From: a virus
Taxonomy: Duplodnaviria; Heunggongvirae; Uroviricota; Caudoviricetes
DNA: 51,967 nucleotides
Virus record (IMG/VR): IMGVR_UViG_3300028999_000002
Direction: 5' to 3' (one strand)
A model generated the notes under the pieces. That model was not told the DNA's origin, did no database searches, and saw only the letters and a program-made list of their open reading frames with translations. Shown in pieces: positions 11,628 to 21,314 of the stretch (positions are counted from its first letter, which is position 1; each line of letters begins with the position of its first letter). Made by a program: the position numbers and the translations under genes.

Positions 11628-12054
11628 ACCGGACTCCTCCTGCGATCCCTTCTGATACTGTCATCAGCATTACGTCATCCTCCGTCATGTCCGCCACATC
11701 CGGGGAAGCGGGGATAACTTCATTCCCGTCCGGGCCAAAGCGGACACCTCCGGCAAGCCCTGCCGCTTTCTGCATCAGCACATCATCTTCAGGCTCTTCG
11801 TCAGCCTCGCGCCGGTTCAGCAGACTGAAATCCAGCGGATGCATATCCGGATCGCTGAAAAACAGGCTGAGCACGGTGTACGTCAGCCCGGAAAAGTGCA
11901 TATCCAGCAGAACATCATGAAAATAATGGGTACTGTAAAAGCGGTGCCAGTCGGCATACTCCGTGGATGACATCCCGGCAAGCATGGCACGCCAGTCGGG
12001 TCGCCCCATCTCACGCGCCAGTTTCAGGGCAAAACTCAGCTCACCGTCGAACAC
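11620..12054 (-). CDS. T: tail assembly chaperone T reading frame (expressed as a G-T fusion by -1 frameshift)
   Basis: ORF in the -1 frame overlapping the 3' end of G; slippery heptamer GGGAAAG lies in the overlap. Confidence 0.8.
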   Translation of the reverse strand: MFDGELSFALKLAREMGRPDWRAMLAGMSSTEYADWHRFYSTHYFHDVLLDMHFSGLTYTVLSLFFSDPDMHPLDFSLLNRREADEEPEDDVLMQKAAGLAGGVRFGPDGNEVIPASPDVADMTEDDVMLMTVSEGIAGGVRYG

Positions 12055-12458
12055 TTTCCCGCAGAAACAGGCTCTGCAGGCCCGGCGTCCTCTGCCTGTT
12101 CGGGGGCATTATTCACCACAAACTCATACATACCGGACAGCCGGTACACCACGTTTTCAGCATGAGAAATTGCCTCTGTGGGCCAGGTGGTAAGCACTTC
12201 CTGCTCAATCTGTTTAACGGCTTCATTCATGGACGGCATCTGCGTCTTCTTCGGATGGTTATGCCACAGGGACATCGCCACCAGAAACGCGCCGGTTCTG
12301 ATGACGTCTTCCACAGTAACCTGCCGGTTGCTGTCGGATCCCGCCGGTTCTGCCTGCCGTTTCATCAGGGCAAGATGCTCAATACGCTGCAGGGCTGACA
12401 GTTCAGAAAGCGTGACGGTCACGCCGTTATATTCAAATGATTCGGTTTTCAGGAACAT
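12036..12458 (-). CDS. G: tail assembly chaperone G
   Basis: 140 aa, near-identical to lambda gpG (MFLKTESFEYNGVTVTLSELSALQRIEHLALMKRQAE...). Confidence 0.9.
   Translation of the reverse strand: MFLKTESFEYNGVTVTLSELSALQRIEHLALMKRQAEPAGSDSNRQVTVEDVIRTGAFLVAMSLWHNHPKKTQMPSMNEAVKQIEQEVLTTWPTEAISHAENVVYRLSGMYEFVVNNAPEQAEDAGPAEPVSAGKCSTVS
12054..12060 (-). other. programmed -1 ribosomal frameshift slippery site (G GGA AAG) for the G-T fusion
   Basis: Plus-strand ctttccc is the reverse complement of GGGAAAG, located in the G/T overlap. Confidence 0.8.
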
Positions 12459-12473
12459 CGCTGACTCTCCGGA

Positions 12474-13214
12474 TTAACTGGCGGTGACGGTGATTTCTGC
12501 AACCGCAGCAAACTCACCATTACCGGATACAACCGGAATGTTGACCTTGCCTGCAGCAACGCCGTTCACGGTGATGGTCATACCGCTGACCGACACGGTG
12601 GCTTTTGTTTTATCCGCAGACACCGCACGGAAGCTCTTGTCGGTTGCGCCCTCCGGCTGGAATGCCACGGTCAGCGTAGTGCTCTGCCCTTTCACTACGG
12701 AAGCACTGGCGGGTGTCACCGTCATGCCGGTTGTCGCCGTCACCGTGCTGCGATCTTCTGCCATCGACGGACGTCCCACGTTGGTGACTTTCACCGTGCG
12801 GGTGATCACTTCCTTCGCCGTCACCGCCTTACCGATACTGCTGACCCAGCCGCGGAACACATCGACCGTGCCGTTCGGGAAGCGGATTTTATAGGCACGG
12901 GTATCCCCTTCATTAAACCACGCCAGCAGCGCCTGCTGCCCCTGCTCTCCGGGCATCCACGCCAGCGTGAAGCTGGTATCTCCGGCAGATTTCTGCCCCT
13001 GCCCGGTCGCAGTCCAGTCCGCATCTTCATCATCGAGATAGCTGTCGTCATAGGACTCAGCGCTCAGTTCGCCGGGCGTCAGGTCTTTAACTTTAGCCAG
13101 ACGCGACCAGTCAACGTCTGAAAGCGGGTTCGCATAAGGGTCACCGTTCCCCTTATAAACCCACAGGGTGGTCCCGGCCCCTTTCACCGGCATTACTGGA
13201 TTTGGTACAGGCAT
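12474..13214 (-). CDS. V: major tail protein V
   Basis: Lambda gpV-like from the internal Met ([22 protein letters not shown]...), with the C-terminal Ig-like domain. Confidence 0.95.
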   Translation of the reverse strand: MPVPNPVMPVKGAGTTLWVYKGNGDPYANPLSDVDWSRLAKVKDLTPGELSAESYDDSYLDDEDADWTATGQGQKSAGDTSFTLAWMPGEQGQQALLAWFNEGDTRAYKIRFPNGTVDVFRGWVSSIGKAVTAKEVITRTVKVTNVGRPSMAEDRSTVTATTGMTVTPASASVVKGQSTTLTVAFQPEGATDKSFRAVSADKTKATVSVSGMTITVNGVAAGKVNIPVVSGNGEFAAVAEITVTAS

Positions 13215-13221
13215 ATCGTCC

Positions 13222-13617
13222 TCACATTTCATAGGTAATGACATAAGTCAGATCGGCTGAACTCCACAGGCCCGCATCATCGTCGCGCCGGTAGTCATAG
13301 CCACTGGCCACCATACTGGTGATCAAATCTGACAGTGCCGGGACATCGCTCATCACCGGATAAATCCGGGACTCCATCCACGAATCCAGCTCTGAATCCG
13401 GCACCTGAGCAGGCAGGAAAACTTCAATATGCAGCTCCGCCTGCCAGGTATCGCTGTCCAGCTCTTCGCCCGTGTATTCAGCGCCGGTGAGATAAACGGC
13501 AACTGCCGGAAAATCCTCCTCATCAAAAACAGCGGGGCGACCATCAAAAAGCGTCGCCCCGGTGTCATGTTTTTCCAGTGCATCCAGTACGGCTGCACGG
13601 AGTTCTGTATGTTTCAT
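13222..13617 (-). CDS. U: tail terminator protein U
   Basis: 131 aa, lambda gpU-like. Confidence 0.95.
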   Translation of the reverse strand: MKHTELRAAVLDALEKHDTGATLFDGRPAVFDEEDFPAVAVYLTGAEYTGEELDSDTWQAELHIEVFLPAQVPDSELDSWMESRIYPVMSDVPALSDLITSMVASGYDYRRDDDAGLWSSADLTYVITYEM

Positions 13618-14192
13618 CGCTTTATTACCATCCTCAGTTGATGCTGCAGCGCATAGCCCAGCTCTTTCGGAAGACGTTCACGCCGTATCCGCTCAATATT
13701 CTGTTTAAACGCCGTGGTCAGCGGCACTGCCATCGGGATTTTCACCACATCAATGGGGTAACGGTTTTTCCCGGCCACACGCTGCATGACATGCCACCGG
13801 CCATTTTTCAGTTGCTGAATAAACGCGCCGGGAATACGACGGTTACCCACCACAAGCACGCTGCCGCCACCTTTCAGGGATGAACGCTGCCCCTTTTTAC
13901 GACGCCTGCGGCGCGAAAGGACAACCCGCGCATTACCCAGCCTGATTACGGGCAAATCCCCCCGGTTAACTTTGATTCTGGCCTGCGGATTTTTGACCGT
14001 GGCCCTTTTCAGCCTGGCCCTTTCCTTTACCAGTTTCCGGCGTACCTTTGTCTCACGGGCAACCAGTGACGCCGACTGCGATATCGCGGATGAAGCAACG
14101 CGGTTAATGGCCATTGCGGCGGCACCAGGCACTGCCGTTTTGCTGATACGGCTGAGGTTTTCAACGGCCTGCTCAAGACCTTTTATGGCCAT
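13614..14192 (-). CDS. Z: tail completion protein Z
   Basis: Lambda gpZ-like from the internal Met (MAIKGLEQAVENLSRISKTAVPGAAAMAINR...). Confidence 0.9.
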   Translation of the reverse strand: MAIKGLEQAVENLSRISKTAVPGAAAMAINRVASSAISQSASLVARETKVRRKLVKERARLKRATVKNPQARIKVNRGDLPVIRLGNARVVLSRRRRRKKGQRSSLKGGGSVLVVGNRRIPGAFIQQLKNGRWHVMQRVAGKNRYPIDVVKIPMAVPLTTAFKQNIERIRRERLPKELGYALQHQLRMVIKR

Positions 14193-14203
14193 ACATCCCC
14201 CTT

Positions 14204-14557
14204 TCAGCGGCGACGGCTGGCGGCAGGTGGTTGCCCCCGGTTGAGCCAGAGATAACAACTCCCTCCGTCATCCGGAGAAACACGGTCCACCCAGAACATC
14301 TCGCCGTTAATGGTCAGCGTGTCACCACGCCGTACAGCACAAACCGTATCCGTAAGCACAAATAATGACGGGTTACTTCCTTCAATACGGATCCCACTAC
14401 TGGCAAAACCCAGCGACTCCGGATCGTCAAAAACGCCATGAACCTCGCCGCCACGCTGTGCACCGGAGGTGAACTGCGCACTGATGCCCATCACTTCAAC
14501 AATCGTACTGTCCACCCCGGCAAGGGCGGCATCAAAGGCATTCTGAAAATCACGCAT
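14204..14557 (-). CDS. FII: head-tail joining protein FII
   Basis: Lambda gpFII-like (…GDTLTI…FWVDRVSPDDGGSC…); start chosen at MRDFQNAFDAA by homology. Confidence 0.85.
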   Translation of the reverse strand: MRDFQNAFDAALAGVDSTIVEVMGISAQFTSGAQRGGEVHGVFDDPESLGFASSGIRIEGSNPSLFVLTDTVCAVRRGDTLTINGEMFWVDRVSPDDGGSCYLWLNRGQPPAASRRR

Positions 14558-14924
14558 AAACAGCCATTCCACCATCAACGTGTGTTTTTGCATCTGAGGA
14601 CATAATCAGAATCACCCGACCAACATCCGCAAGCTCAACGGATTCCCCCGTTTCACCATCAACGCCACAGAGATGGAGGCAGGTCAGAACTCTGATGCGC
14701 GTTAACGCGCCGGATGTTTCCTCACGAACATCATGAGCCGCGGTTTCCCGCTCCCGGATATCCATATTCATAACCTGTACATCATCGCCGGATGACTGCA
14801 TTTCCTCTTCCCATTCTGCCACCCGCTGCGCTATCTCTGCGGCACTCCCGGATATATCCGGCTCACGCCCCAGAATCAGGGCCAGTTCATCAAGCCGTTT
14901 CAGATTTTGCTCTTTCGTTGCCAT
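14550..14924 (-). CDS. DNA packaging protein FI-like
   Basis: Positional equivalent of lambda FI, acidic protein; Gly-rich SD 6 nt upstream of the chosen ATG; only weak N-terminal similarity to lambda FI. Confidence 0.55.
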   Translation of the reverse strand: MATKEQNLKRLDELALILGREPDISGSAAEIAQRVAEWEEEMQSSGDDVQVMNMDIRERETAAHDVREETSGALTRIRVLTCLHLCGVDGETGESVELADVGRVILIMSSDAKTHVDGGMAVYA

Positions 14925-14975
14925 ATCAGCCCCCTGTGAAAAAAGACACGGGGGCATTTCGCCCCCGCTCACGGA

Positions 14976-16004
14976 TTATTTCACCTGTACCACCACAAAC
15001 TCATCCGGGTCCGGCAACACCATCAGCGGCGCGGACTGCGTCATGGTAAATTCACGGGCGGGATCCCCTACCGTCAGCCAGTGTTTCGGATAACGGGAAG
15101 AGGCCACCACACCTTCGGACAACGCCTGCGCATCCTGAATGGCACCGTAACAACGGATCCCATCTGCAGCAGTATTCCCCAGAACCAGCATGCCATCTGG
15201 AAGATAACGTTTTTCGATACCGTCTTCTGCTATATAAGACGTTTTCGCCACCACAATGGCCAGATCGCCGTAATACCCCTTGAAGGACACCACTGCGCCC
15301 AGATCTTTCACTGCCGTTTCGAGTTGAGAATTTGAACCGCGACGGGTATCCAGTTTTTCGCGGAACAGCTTAAAACCATTCAGAAGACGCCAGACGGTAC
15401 CGTCCATAATGGCAATATTCACAAGACCGCTGGCCAGGTCGCAGTAGAGGTCAATATCATGTGTAGGATCGAACGTGTCACGATCCTGTTTTGACCACTC
15501 CTTACCACTACCCTGAGTGATGTTATTCTTCGTCGACCTGCCAAAATCGACCTCAATTTTCTCGAACTGGTCTCCTTCCATGGTGTATTTGCCATACAAC
15601 ACAGCATTTACCGCCTGCATTTCTTCCACCTGGACAATCGCGTGCTCTTCCTGTTTGAGGTTATCGGTAATGATACGCAGACGGCGGTAAGCCGGATCAT
15701 TCAGTTGAGATGGATCTTCACCAGGAAGGCGCTCAACCGCCTGCTGGTAATTAAATTCGTGTTTCGGCTTGACGTAGCCCGGACGCAACACGCGGGTTTC
15801 ACCACCACGATGACGCAGCACTTTTCCTTCAACAACCGGGGAGACATAGGCCGCCACCGGCGTTTTTCCGGTAATTTTGTCCAGCATCACCTCTTCGGTA
15901 TGGAAATTCACCGTACGGCGGAAAAACAGCTCCAGAAACAGCGCACGAAATTTAACTTTTTGTTCGGTATAACCGAGTAACTGGCGGGTCGTAAACAATC
16001 CCAT
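14976..16004 (-). CDS. E: major capsid protein E
   Basis: 342 aa, lambda gpE-like (…ITQ(G/S)SG.EWSK.D…LDTRRGSNS.LETAVKDLG…GDLAIVV…). Confidence 0.95.
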   Translation of the reverse strand: MGLFTTRQLLGYTEQKVKFRALFLELFFRRTVNFHTEEVMLDKITGKTPVAAYVSPVVEGKVLRHRGGETRVLRPGYVKPKHEFNYQQAVERLPGEDPSQLNDPAYRRLRIITDNLKQEEHAIVQVEEMQAVNAVLYGKYTMEGDQFEKIEVDFGRSTKNNITQGSGKEWSKQDRDTFDPTHDIDLYCDLASGLVNIAIMDGTVWRLLNGFKLFREKLDTRRGSNSQLETAVKDLGAVVSFKGYYGDLAIVVAKTSYIAEDGIEKRYLPDGMLVLGNTAADGIRCYGAIQDAQALSEGVVASSRYPKHWLTVGDPAREFTMTQSAPLMVLPDPDEFVVVQVK

Positions 16005-16061
16005 AAATCAGTTCCTTTCATTCAGAAATCAGTCAGGCCACCGCGGTGGCCTGATAACGTG

Positions 16062-16409
16062 TTACGGCAGCGCCGCGTGACTCAGGGCACTGCCGGCAAA
16101 GGCGTTGGCCTTTTTGTGTTCATCCACACTTTCAGGCCAGTGGATTGCCTCCGTCGCAAAGGTTCCCGACTTGTAATACGTCAGCGCCGTCTCTGTGCCT
16201 TCAAGCGGCAGTACCAGTATGCCAACCGCACTACCGGCTTTCTGTCCGTCCCAGACCACCAGTTTCCCGGTGGCTTCATCCAGCATCAGGGGCGTCAGTG
16301 CCGGTGTTGGCGAGGAAATCCCGCTGCTGCCTGTGGCGGTATGAGCCGGATCATTACCGGCAAAAATACGTACTTCCGCACGCTGTTCAGTGATGGTTTT
16401 CGTCACCAT
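16062..16409 (-). CDS. D: head decoration protein D
   Basis: 115 aa, lambda gpD-like (…DPAHTAT…LTPLMLD…KLVVWDG…YKSGTF…). Confidence 0.9.
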   Translation of the reverse strand: MVTKTITEQRAEVRIFAGNDPAHTATGSSGISSPTPALTPLMLDEATGKLVVWDGQKAGSAVGILVLPLEGTETALTYYKSGTFATEAIHWPESVDEHKKANAFAGSALSHAALP

Positions 16410-16445
16410 ATTGTAAAAACCTCCTATTGATGGTCAGCACTGACT

Positions 16446-17953
16446 TCATGGCATGGCCATGAGCATTTTCACGTCCGCATCACCGTCTGCTGACGTCTGT
16501 GCCACGCCACCCTGTACCGCTGCCGGTGAATGGTTCGCCATGAAATGTTCAAACATGGCGGTTGTGGATGCAGAGACCGGTTCTGCCTTACCTGATCCCG
16601 CAGCCAGCACAGCCCGGGCGCTCTCCACTGTCATTCCCGGGCAGGCAGCCAGCTGTTCAGCCTGCGCCTCAGCCCCTTTTGCCTCATCCAGTGCCATGAT
16701 CTGATCACGGAGTGATGGTCCGGCATCCGCCTGCGGTGAAGCAGCCAGGATCGGGCGGGCTTTTTCCACCGTCATCTCCGGCATCGCCGCCAGCGTTGCC
16801 GCCAGTTGTTCACGACCGTTCGCTTCTTCACACGCCATAATGCGATCGGCTTCACTCTGCGTGGATGCCACCGGCNNNNNNNNNNTGCCGCCGCGGCCAG
16901 AATCGCCCGGGCCTGTTCAACGCTCATGCCCTGTTGTCCTGCCAGCATCGTGGCAAGCTGTTCACGTCCTTTCGCTTCCTGGCATGTCAGGATCCCCATC
17001 ACTCGCTGGTTCTCCTGCGCGGCGGCTTCCGTTGCAGTTAATTGCGGCATAGTGCCTCCTCTGACATTACTGTTCAGCGCCGTGGCCATCACACTGATGG
17101 CATCCGACGCATTGATTAATTCATCCGCCAGCCCGGCCTCAATGCCGGACTGACCTTCAAAAACGGCAGCCTCTGTTCCCGTGACGGCATCAACAGACAG
17201 ACCGGTATACATCGCCACTTTTTCGGCAAACATCCGGCGCGCCGCATCAATCCGCTGCTGCATGTCCTGGCGAACCTCTGCCGGCAACGCTTCAAACTGA
17301 TTGCCATCCACCTTGTGCGCCCCTGAGTAAATCAGCGTGATATCCACACCGGCCTGCGCCAGATGACCGGCATAGCTGACATGGCTCATCATCACGCCAA
17401 TGGAGCCGATACGGGATGTCTGGGTAACCAGCCGTCGGGAGCAGGCCGACGCCAGCAGCATGGCTGCAGAACAGGCCGTGTCATTGCACAGTGCCCAGAC
17501 CGGCTTCTGCTGACGGAGGCGGTAAATCATGTCAGCGCAGTCAAACGCGCCGGCGGCCTGCCCGCCCGGACTGTCAATGTCCAGCAGTACGCCCCGCACC
17601 TGGCTATCCGCCATTGCCTGCTGAAGACAGGCGACAATGCCGTCATAGCCTGTCATTCCGGAAAATGGCCGCATACCACCCAGCCGGTGCACCAGCGTGC
17701 CGGTCACCGGCAGTACAGCAATACCGTTCACCACCCGGTAAACACGGGCCGGTCGTTTACCTCCGGCCATGTACTCGTCCGTTTCAGCCAGCATTCCGGG
17801 AGCATCAAACTGTACCTGCTGTTGTGGTACCGAAAGACTTGCTGCCCCCATCTCGCGCCCGAGCGCGCAAAAGAAAACCCGCGCATAGGCGGGCTCCAGA
17901 AGCAGCGGTTCATTGAATGCTGCGGCAATAATGTGTGAAAGATTACGTCTCAC
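16446..17953 (-). CDS. C: capsid assembly protease C with in-frame scaffold (Nu3-like) region; interrupted by an N10 assembly gap
   Basis: N-terminal 390 aa match lambda gpC (…AFNEPL.LEPAYARVFFCAL…, S49/ClpP-like); C-terminal region contains repeated Nu3-like motifs on both sides of the N run. Confidence 0.8.
16876..16885. other. assembly gap (10 N) inside the C/Nu3 repeat region
   Basis: Run of n characters. Confidence 0.99.
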
Positions 17954-18722
17954 GTGGTGTTGTCTCCTCTTCCGGCCTACGACTCTCCGCTATCTGCTGC
18001 TGATACGCCTGCTCTATCCACACCGGACGTGAGAGTCCGGCTTTTTGCCGCTCAGCAGATTCCCTGACCTGCTGGCGGAAAATGTCCTGATAATCCTCGC
18101 CCATCAGCGCCAGCTCTTTCTCATACGTGCTCAGTCCGGCCTCAATGCGCATCACTGATTCCTGGACTTCCTTGAGCCCGTCAATGGCCATTCTTCCGGC
18201 ACCAATCCACTCTGCCCGTGACCAGGCTGATCGCGCCTGATAAAAATCAAAACGTGCCCGTGGCGGACGAATAATCCCCCGAAGAAGTGCCTCTTCCAGC
18301 CAGCAGGAAAACATCTGCGTGGCCAGCCGGGCCGCAATAAATTTTCGCCGCCCCATAAAATAGCGCCACGACTCATTGGCGGAGGCGCGGGCACTTGAGT
18401 AACTGACCTTCGAGTAATCACGGGACAACTGTTCGTAGGAAACGCCAAGACCGGCGGCGATATACCGCAGCAGCGCCTGTTCAAGCGCAGAAAATCCATT
18501 GTCTGAATCCTGCGCAGTCTGTAGTTTCAGATCATCACCAGGGAAAAGGTGCGGAATTTTGACACCGCCCAGTGTCACGTTATTCGTGTCATACCAGCTG
18601 GAAAACTTCTCCAGAATATTAATAAGCGGATTATCCTTCTGCTCCTGTGGCGCGCCGGCGATATATTCAAAGGCCTTTTCGGTATCAAGTTCACTTTCAA
18701 TCGTCGCTGCATACATCGCCTT
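17943..18722 (-). pseudogene. B: portal protein B, C-terminal half (gene split by insertion of the element at 18723-29608)
   Basis: Translation matches lambda gpB from ...KAMYAATIESELD to the C-terminus; no N-terminal half upstream, replaced by non-coding satellite sequence. Confidence 0.9.
18710..18722. repeat. left copy of the 13-bp direct repeat (att core, plus-strand CATACATCGCCTT) flanking the inserted element
   Basis: Same 13-mer with one mismatch at 29609-29621, exactly at the two breakpoints of portal homology. Confidence 0.75.
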
Positions 18723-18796
18723 TATGAAAAGACAGGAAAAAATAAAATTTAAAAACAGTACATTACGAATGCTCAGACCTATCGTTTAAAGGAGTC

Positions 18797-18817
18797 GCAA
18801 TACACACTGCAATACAC
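18797..18817. repeat. two tandem GCAATACAC(A) repeats near the left end of the element
   Basis: gcaatacacactgcaatacac; same motif three times at 29434-29485 next to the integrase gene. Confidence 0.7.
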
Positions 18818-19159
18818 GATTATTTATAAGATGAGCGGCATCCGTCATAAAGCTGGTGGATGCTTTTTCTATGCATATATGCACAGTTTTAGTGGGCGTT
18901 AATGTCGATATAGGGATCCCCATATCGAGATTGGATACCTGGCTTTTTTCCGGTTAACCTTTAATCAGGCTGGTGGGCTTTACCTGTTTTGTATGAGTGG
19001 TCATCATGACCATGTCATAACAAAAACCCCATATTCGTGGTTTTTCTGTGTCGGGCTATTCTGTCGTTGCTGTGCTGATTTGGCTGGTGGGCTGAATCAT
19101 CATTACGGCGATGCAGCTATGTAGACGTTCCTGCCTCCTCAAATTGAGGATTGTGGAAG

Positions 19160-19284
19160 AATCAATGGGTTAGTCTTACTTTCCCGACATCCCCCAATGG
19201 GGGTTTTCGAAACAATCAATAGCTTAGGCTTACTTCCCCGATTTCCTGCATTGCAGGTTTTCGAAATAATCAATGGGTTAGGCC
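19160..19284. repeat. tandem ~55-bp repeats, each with a short GC hairpin followed by TTTTCGAAA
   Basis: Two full units plus a partial third; hairpins CCCCCAATGGGGG and CCTGCATTGCAGG; a third hairpin CCCCCAGTGGGGG at about 19365. Confidence 0.7.
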
Positions 19285-19531
19285 ATCGTGCAATTTTGCA
19301 CTTTGCCAGCCAGCGCAATGTCGCGTTATCAGTCCTCAGATGTGAGGGATGTAGCCAGCTTTTCCCCCAGTGGGGGATATCCAGCACCGACGGCTTAACT
19401 GTGCGTGCCAGCACAAGGTAGCCTTGAACTACTTACTGCATCCCATCTTACAGGCCGTGCCTTCCTGCTTAACTTTTTGCAATGCAACAAGTCAGCCAGC
19501 GCAATTTTGCGTTATCGGGAATATCAGCAAG

Positions 19532-19813
19532 TTACCGCCGCAATCGTTCCGGCTTCTTCCACTGGTAAGTATTTTTCGCGCTCTCCCTCCGTTGTTGAGA
19601 ACGGCGACGATATGCCAGCAACTCAAGGACTCTTGTTCGTATGTTGCGCATATCCACGCCGTTAAGCTCAATACCGTCACGGCGCATCACCTCAGCCACT
19701 ACACGCACATAATTATCTGCGGTCACGCTGTCCGGCTGCGTGGCCTGTTCGTCATGCTGCTTGCTGATTCCACAAGCACGGCGGATTAATCGCAGTATTT
19801 CGGATTCAGTCAT
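19532..19813 (-). CDS. hypothetical protein (satellite)
   Basis: 93-aa ORF downstream of the satellite Nu1-like gene, same strand; no recognisable family. Confidence 0.4.
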   Translation of the reverse strand: MTESEILRLIRRACGISKQHDEQATQPDSVTADNYVRVVAEVMRRDGIELNGVDMRNIRTRVLELLAYRRRSQQRRESAKNTYQWKKPERLRR

Positions 19814-19824
19814 AGCGTACTACG

Positions 19825-20367
19825 TTACTTATCTTTATTCGGCTGCAACTTATCCGGTACGTTTCCGGCAGTTTCCATCAGATAATCGGACAGCATCAGC
19901 GGTATGTTTTCGTCAAGTTTTGCGCATGCGTTACAGGCTCTGATAACTTCTTTTTTCAGTCCATCCAGCATAGACGGCTTCATGTCGGGAAACTTCCTTG
20001 TCATGGCAAGCGGCAGGCTGTCCATGATTGAAGAAATCTGACTCGCCAATTTTGAAAGCACGTATATACAAAACGCTGTATCAATAACGTCGCCGCGTTC
20101 GCGCTCGTTTTTAAGCTCCTGCGCCTCTGCCTGTGCTGTCAGCAATCTGATCCTGACTCGTAGGAGTTCATCATCATCAATCTCGCCTTTGTCGTCTGTA
20201 ATCTGGTTAATTGCATTGCTAACCCGATTGTCTATTACGCTGGCAACATCATAAAACGCCTCGCGGCCTTTACGTTCAACGGGAGTCACTCCCCACTTGT
20301 CGAACGCTGTCGCACTTACACGGCAGCTTTGCGCCATGTTTTTTTTGTTCATCAGGTGCGATTTCAT
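19825..20367 (-). CDS. Nu1-like terminase small subunit (satellite-encoded)
   Basis: C-terminal two-thirds align with lambda Nu1 (…RLLTAQAEAQELKNERERGDVIDTAFCIYVLSKLASQISSIMDSLPLAMTRKFPD…); N-terminal DNA-binding region divergent; start set at the ATG with a GGGGA SD. Confidence 0.8.
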   Translation of the reverse strand: MKSHLMNKKNMAQSCRVSATAFDKWGVTPVERKGREAFYDVASVIDNRVSNAINQITDDKGEIDDDELLRVRIRLLTAQAEAQELKNERERGDVIDTAFCIYVLSKLASQISSIMDSLPLAMTRKFPDMKPSMLDGLKKEVIRACNACAKLDENIPLMLSDYLMETAGNVPDKLQPNKDK

Positions 20368-20439
20368 CAATATCCCCACTTAAGTAATGTTTCAGGTTGG
20401 TGTATTGGCTTTATCTTTTCCTTTTTATTCATAGAGATA

Positions 20440-20530
20440 GAGCGAACAACAAAACCACCACCAGCACCCGAAAAAGGCTCATAAATAGCGAAAACCCGCG
20501 AGGTCGCCGCCCCGTAGCCTACCGGATCGC
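20440..20530 (-). other. satellite cos site (lambda-type cosN GGGCGGCGACCT at 20501-20512, with adjacent cosQ-like and cosB-like sequence)
   Basis: Minus strand reads GGGCGGCGACCTCGCGGGTTTTCGCTATTTATGA, matching the remembered lambda left cohesive end; directly upstream of the Nu1-like gene. Confidence 0.85.
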
Positions 20531-20568
20531 CGGAAAGGACCCGCCAGCCAGAACGGGCCCTAATTTCA

Positions 20569-20952
20569 TCAACCAATCAACTTATAGCGACCATCCCGTG
20601 CATTGCGACGTACACGCTCAATCTTGAGGCATAGCGCCGCATCTGGCTTTTTTGGGACAGGTACGCGGCAATATTCAGAAGATCGAGGAATATTGTTTAT
20701 CCAGTCGATCACTTCACTTAAATACCAGGCCTTACGCCCTTCCGTAACCTGTACGCGTTCGGGGAACTCTCCGCGAGCCTCAAGGTTTAGCAATGTGCGA
20801 CGGCTAAGGGTAGTAAGTTCCATCACCTGATTCATATCAACAAGGCGTTCACTTAAACGCATTTTGTCAGCAATAGCCTTTAATTCCTCTACTGCTGGAT
20901 CCGGATACATCATTTCGGCAATTGGCTTAAGGTCATTGTAATGATTCTGCAT
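20569..20952 (-). CDS. AlpA/excisionase-like HTH DNA-binding protein (satellite)
   Basis: C-terminal part resembles the AlpA/Xis-type HTH (…LSRRTLLNLEARGEFPERVQVTEGRKAWYLSEVIDWI…); lies between the D-like gene and cos. Confidence 0.45.
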   Translation of the reverse strand: MQNHYNDLKPIAEMMYPDPAVEELKAIADKMRLSERLVDMNQVMELTTLSRRTLLNLEARGEFPERVQVTEGRKAWYLSEVIDWINNIPRSSEYCRVPVPKKPDAALCLKIERVRRNARDGRYKLIG

Positions 20953-20963
20953 TGTATCCCCCT

Positions 20964-21305
20964 TTACACACGAGCCAGCGGCTGAACAGAAATACCTGAG
21001 CCAACAAACGCGGCAACCTTTGCCGACAGTTCTTTTACAGACTCAGGCCAGTTCAGAGCATCAACATTTAAAACACCTGTCTTATAAACCTGTGCCTGTG
21101 TTTTTTTCGCTGTGTCGATTTGTACAGCGGAAACATAAACCGCTTTACCTACGCTCGAACCATCCCATACCACCAGTGCACCTGTTGCATCTTCCTGCAT
21201 CAGTGGCGTAAATGCAGGAATTACCCCTTTATTAGCTGAAAATATCCCCAGCGTAGTCACCAGTGCTTCAGTGCCAGCCATGAGTTCAGTGTAATGAGTA
21301 GCCAT
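20964..21305 (-). CDS. head decoration protein D-like (satellite)
   Basis: 113 aa; shares TPLM…ATG.LVVWDG…YK(S/T)G…WPESV with the prophage D at 16062-16409. Confidence 0.75.
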   Translation of the reverse strand: MATHYTELMAGTEALVTTLGIFSANKGVIPAFTPLMQEDATGALVVWDGSSVGKAVYVSAVQIDTAKKTQAQVYKTGVLNVDALNWPESVKELSAKVAAFVGSGISVQPLARV

Positions 21306-21314
21306 TGCTCCCCC

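Noticed and set aside
16876-16885. N runs at 16876-16885 and 39365-39374 as biological features
   Set aside because: They are assembly gaps of unknown true length; ORF breaks at these points are not evidence of pseudogenisation.
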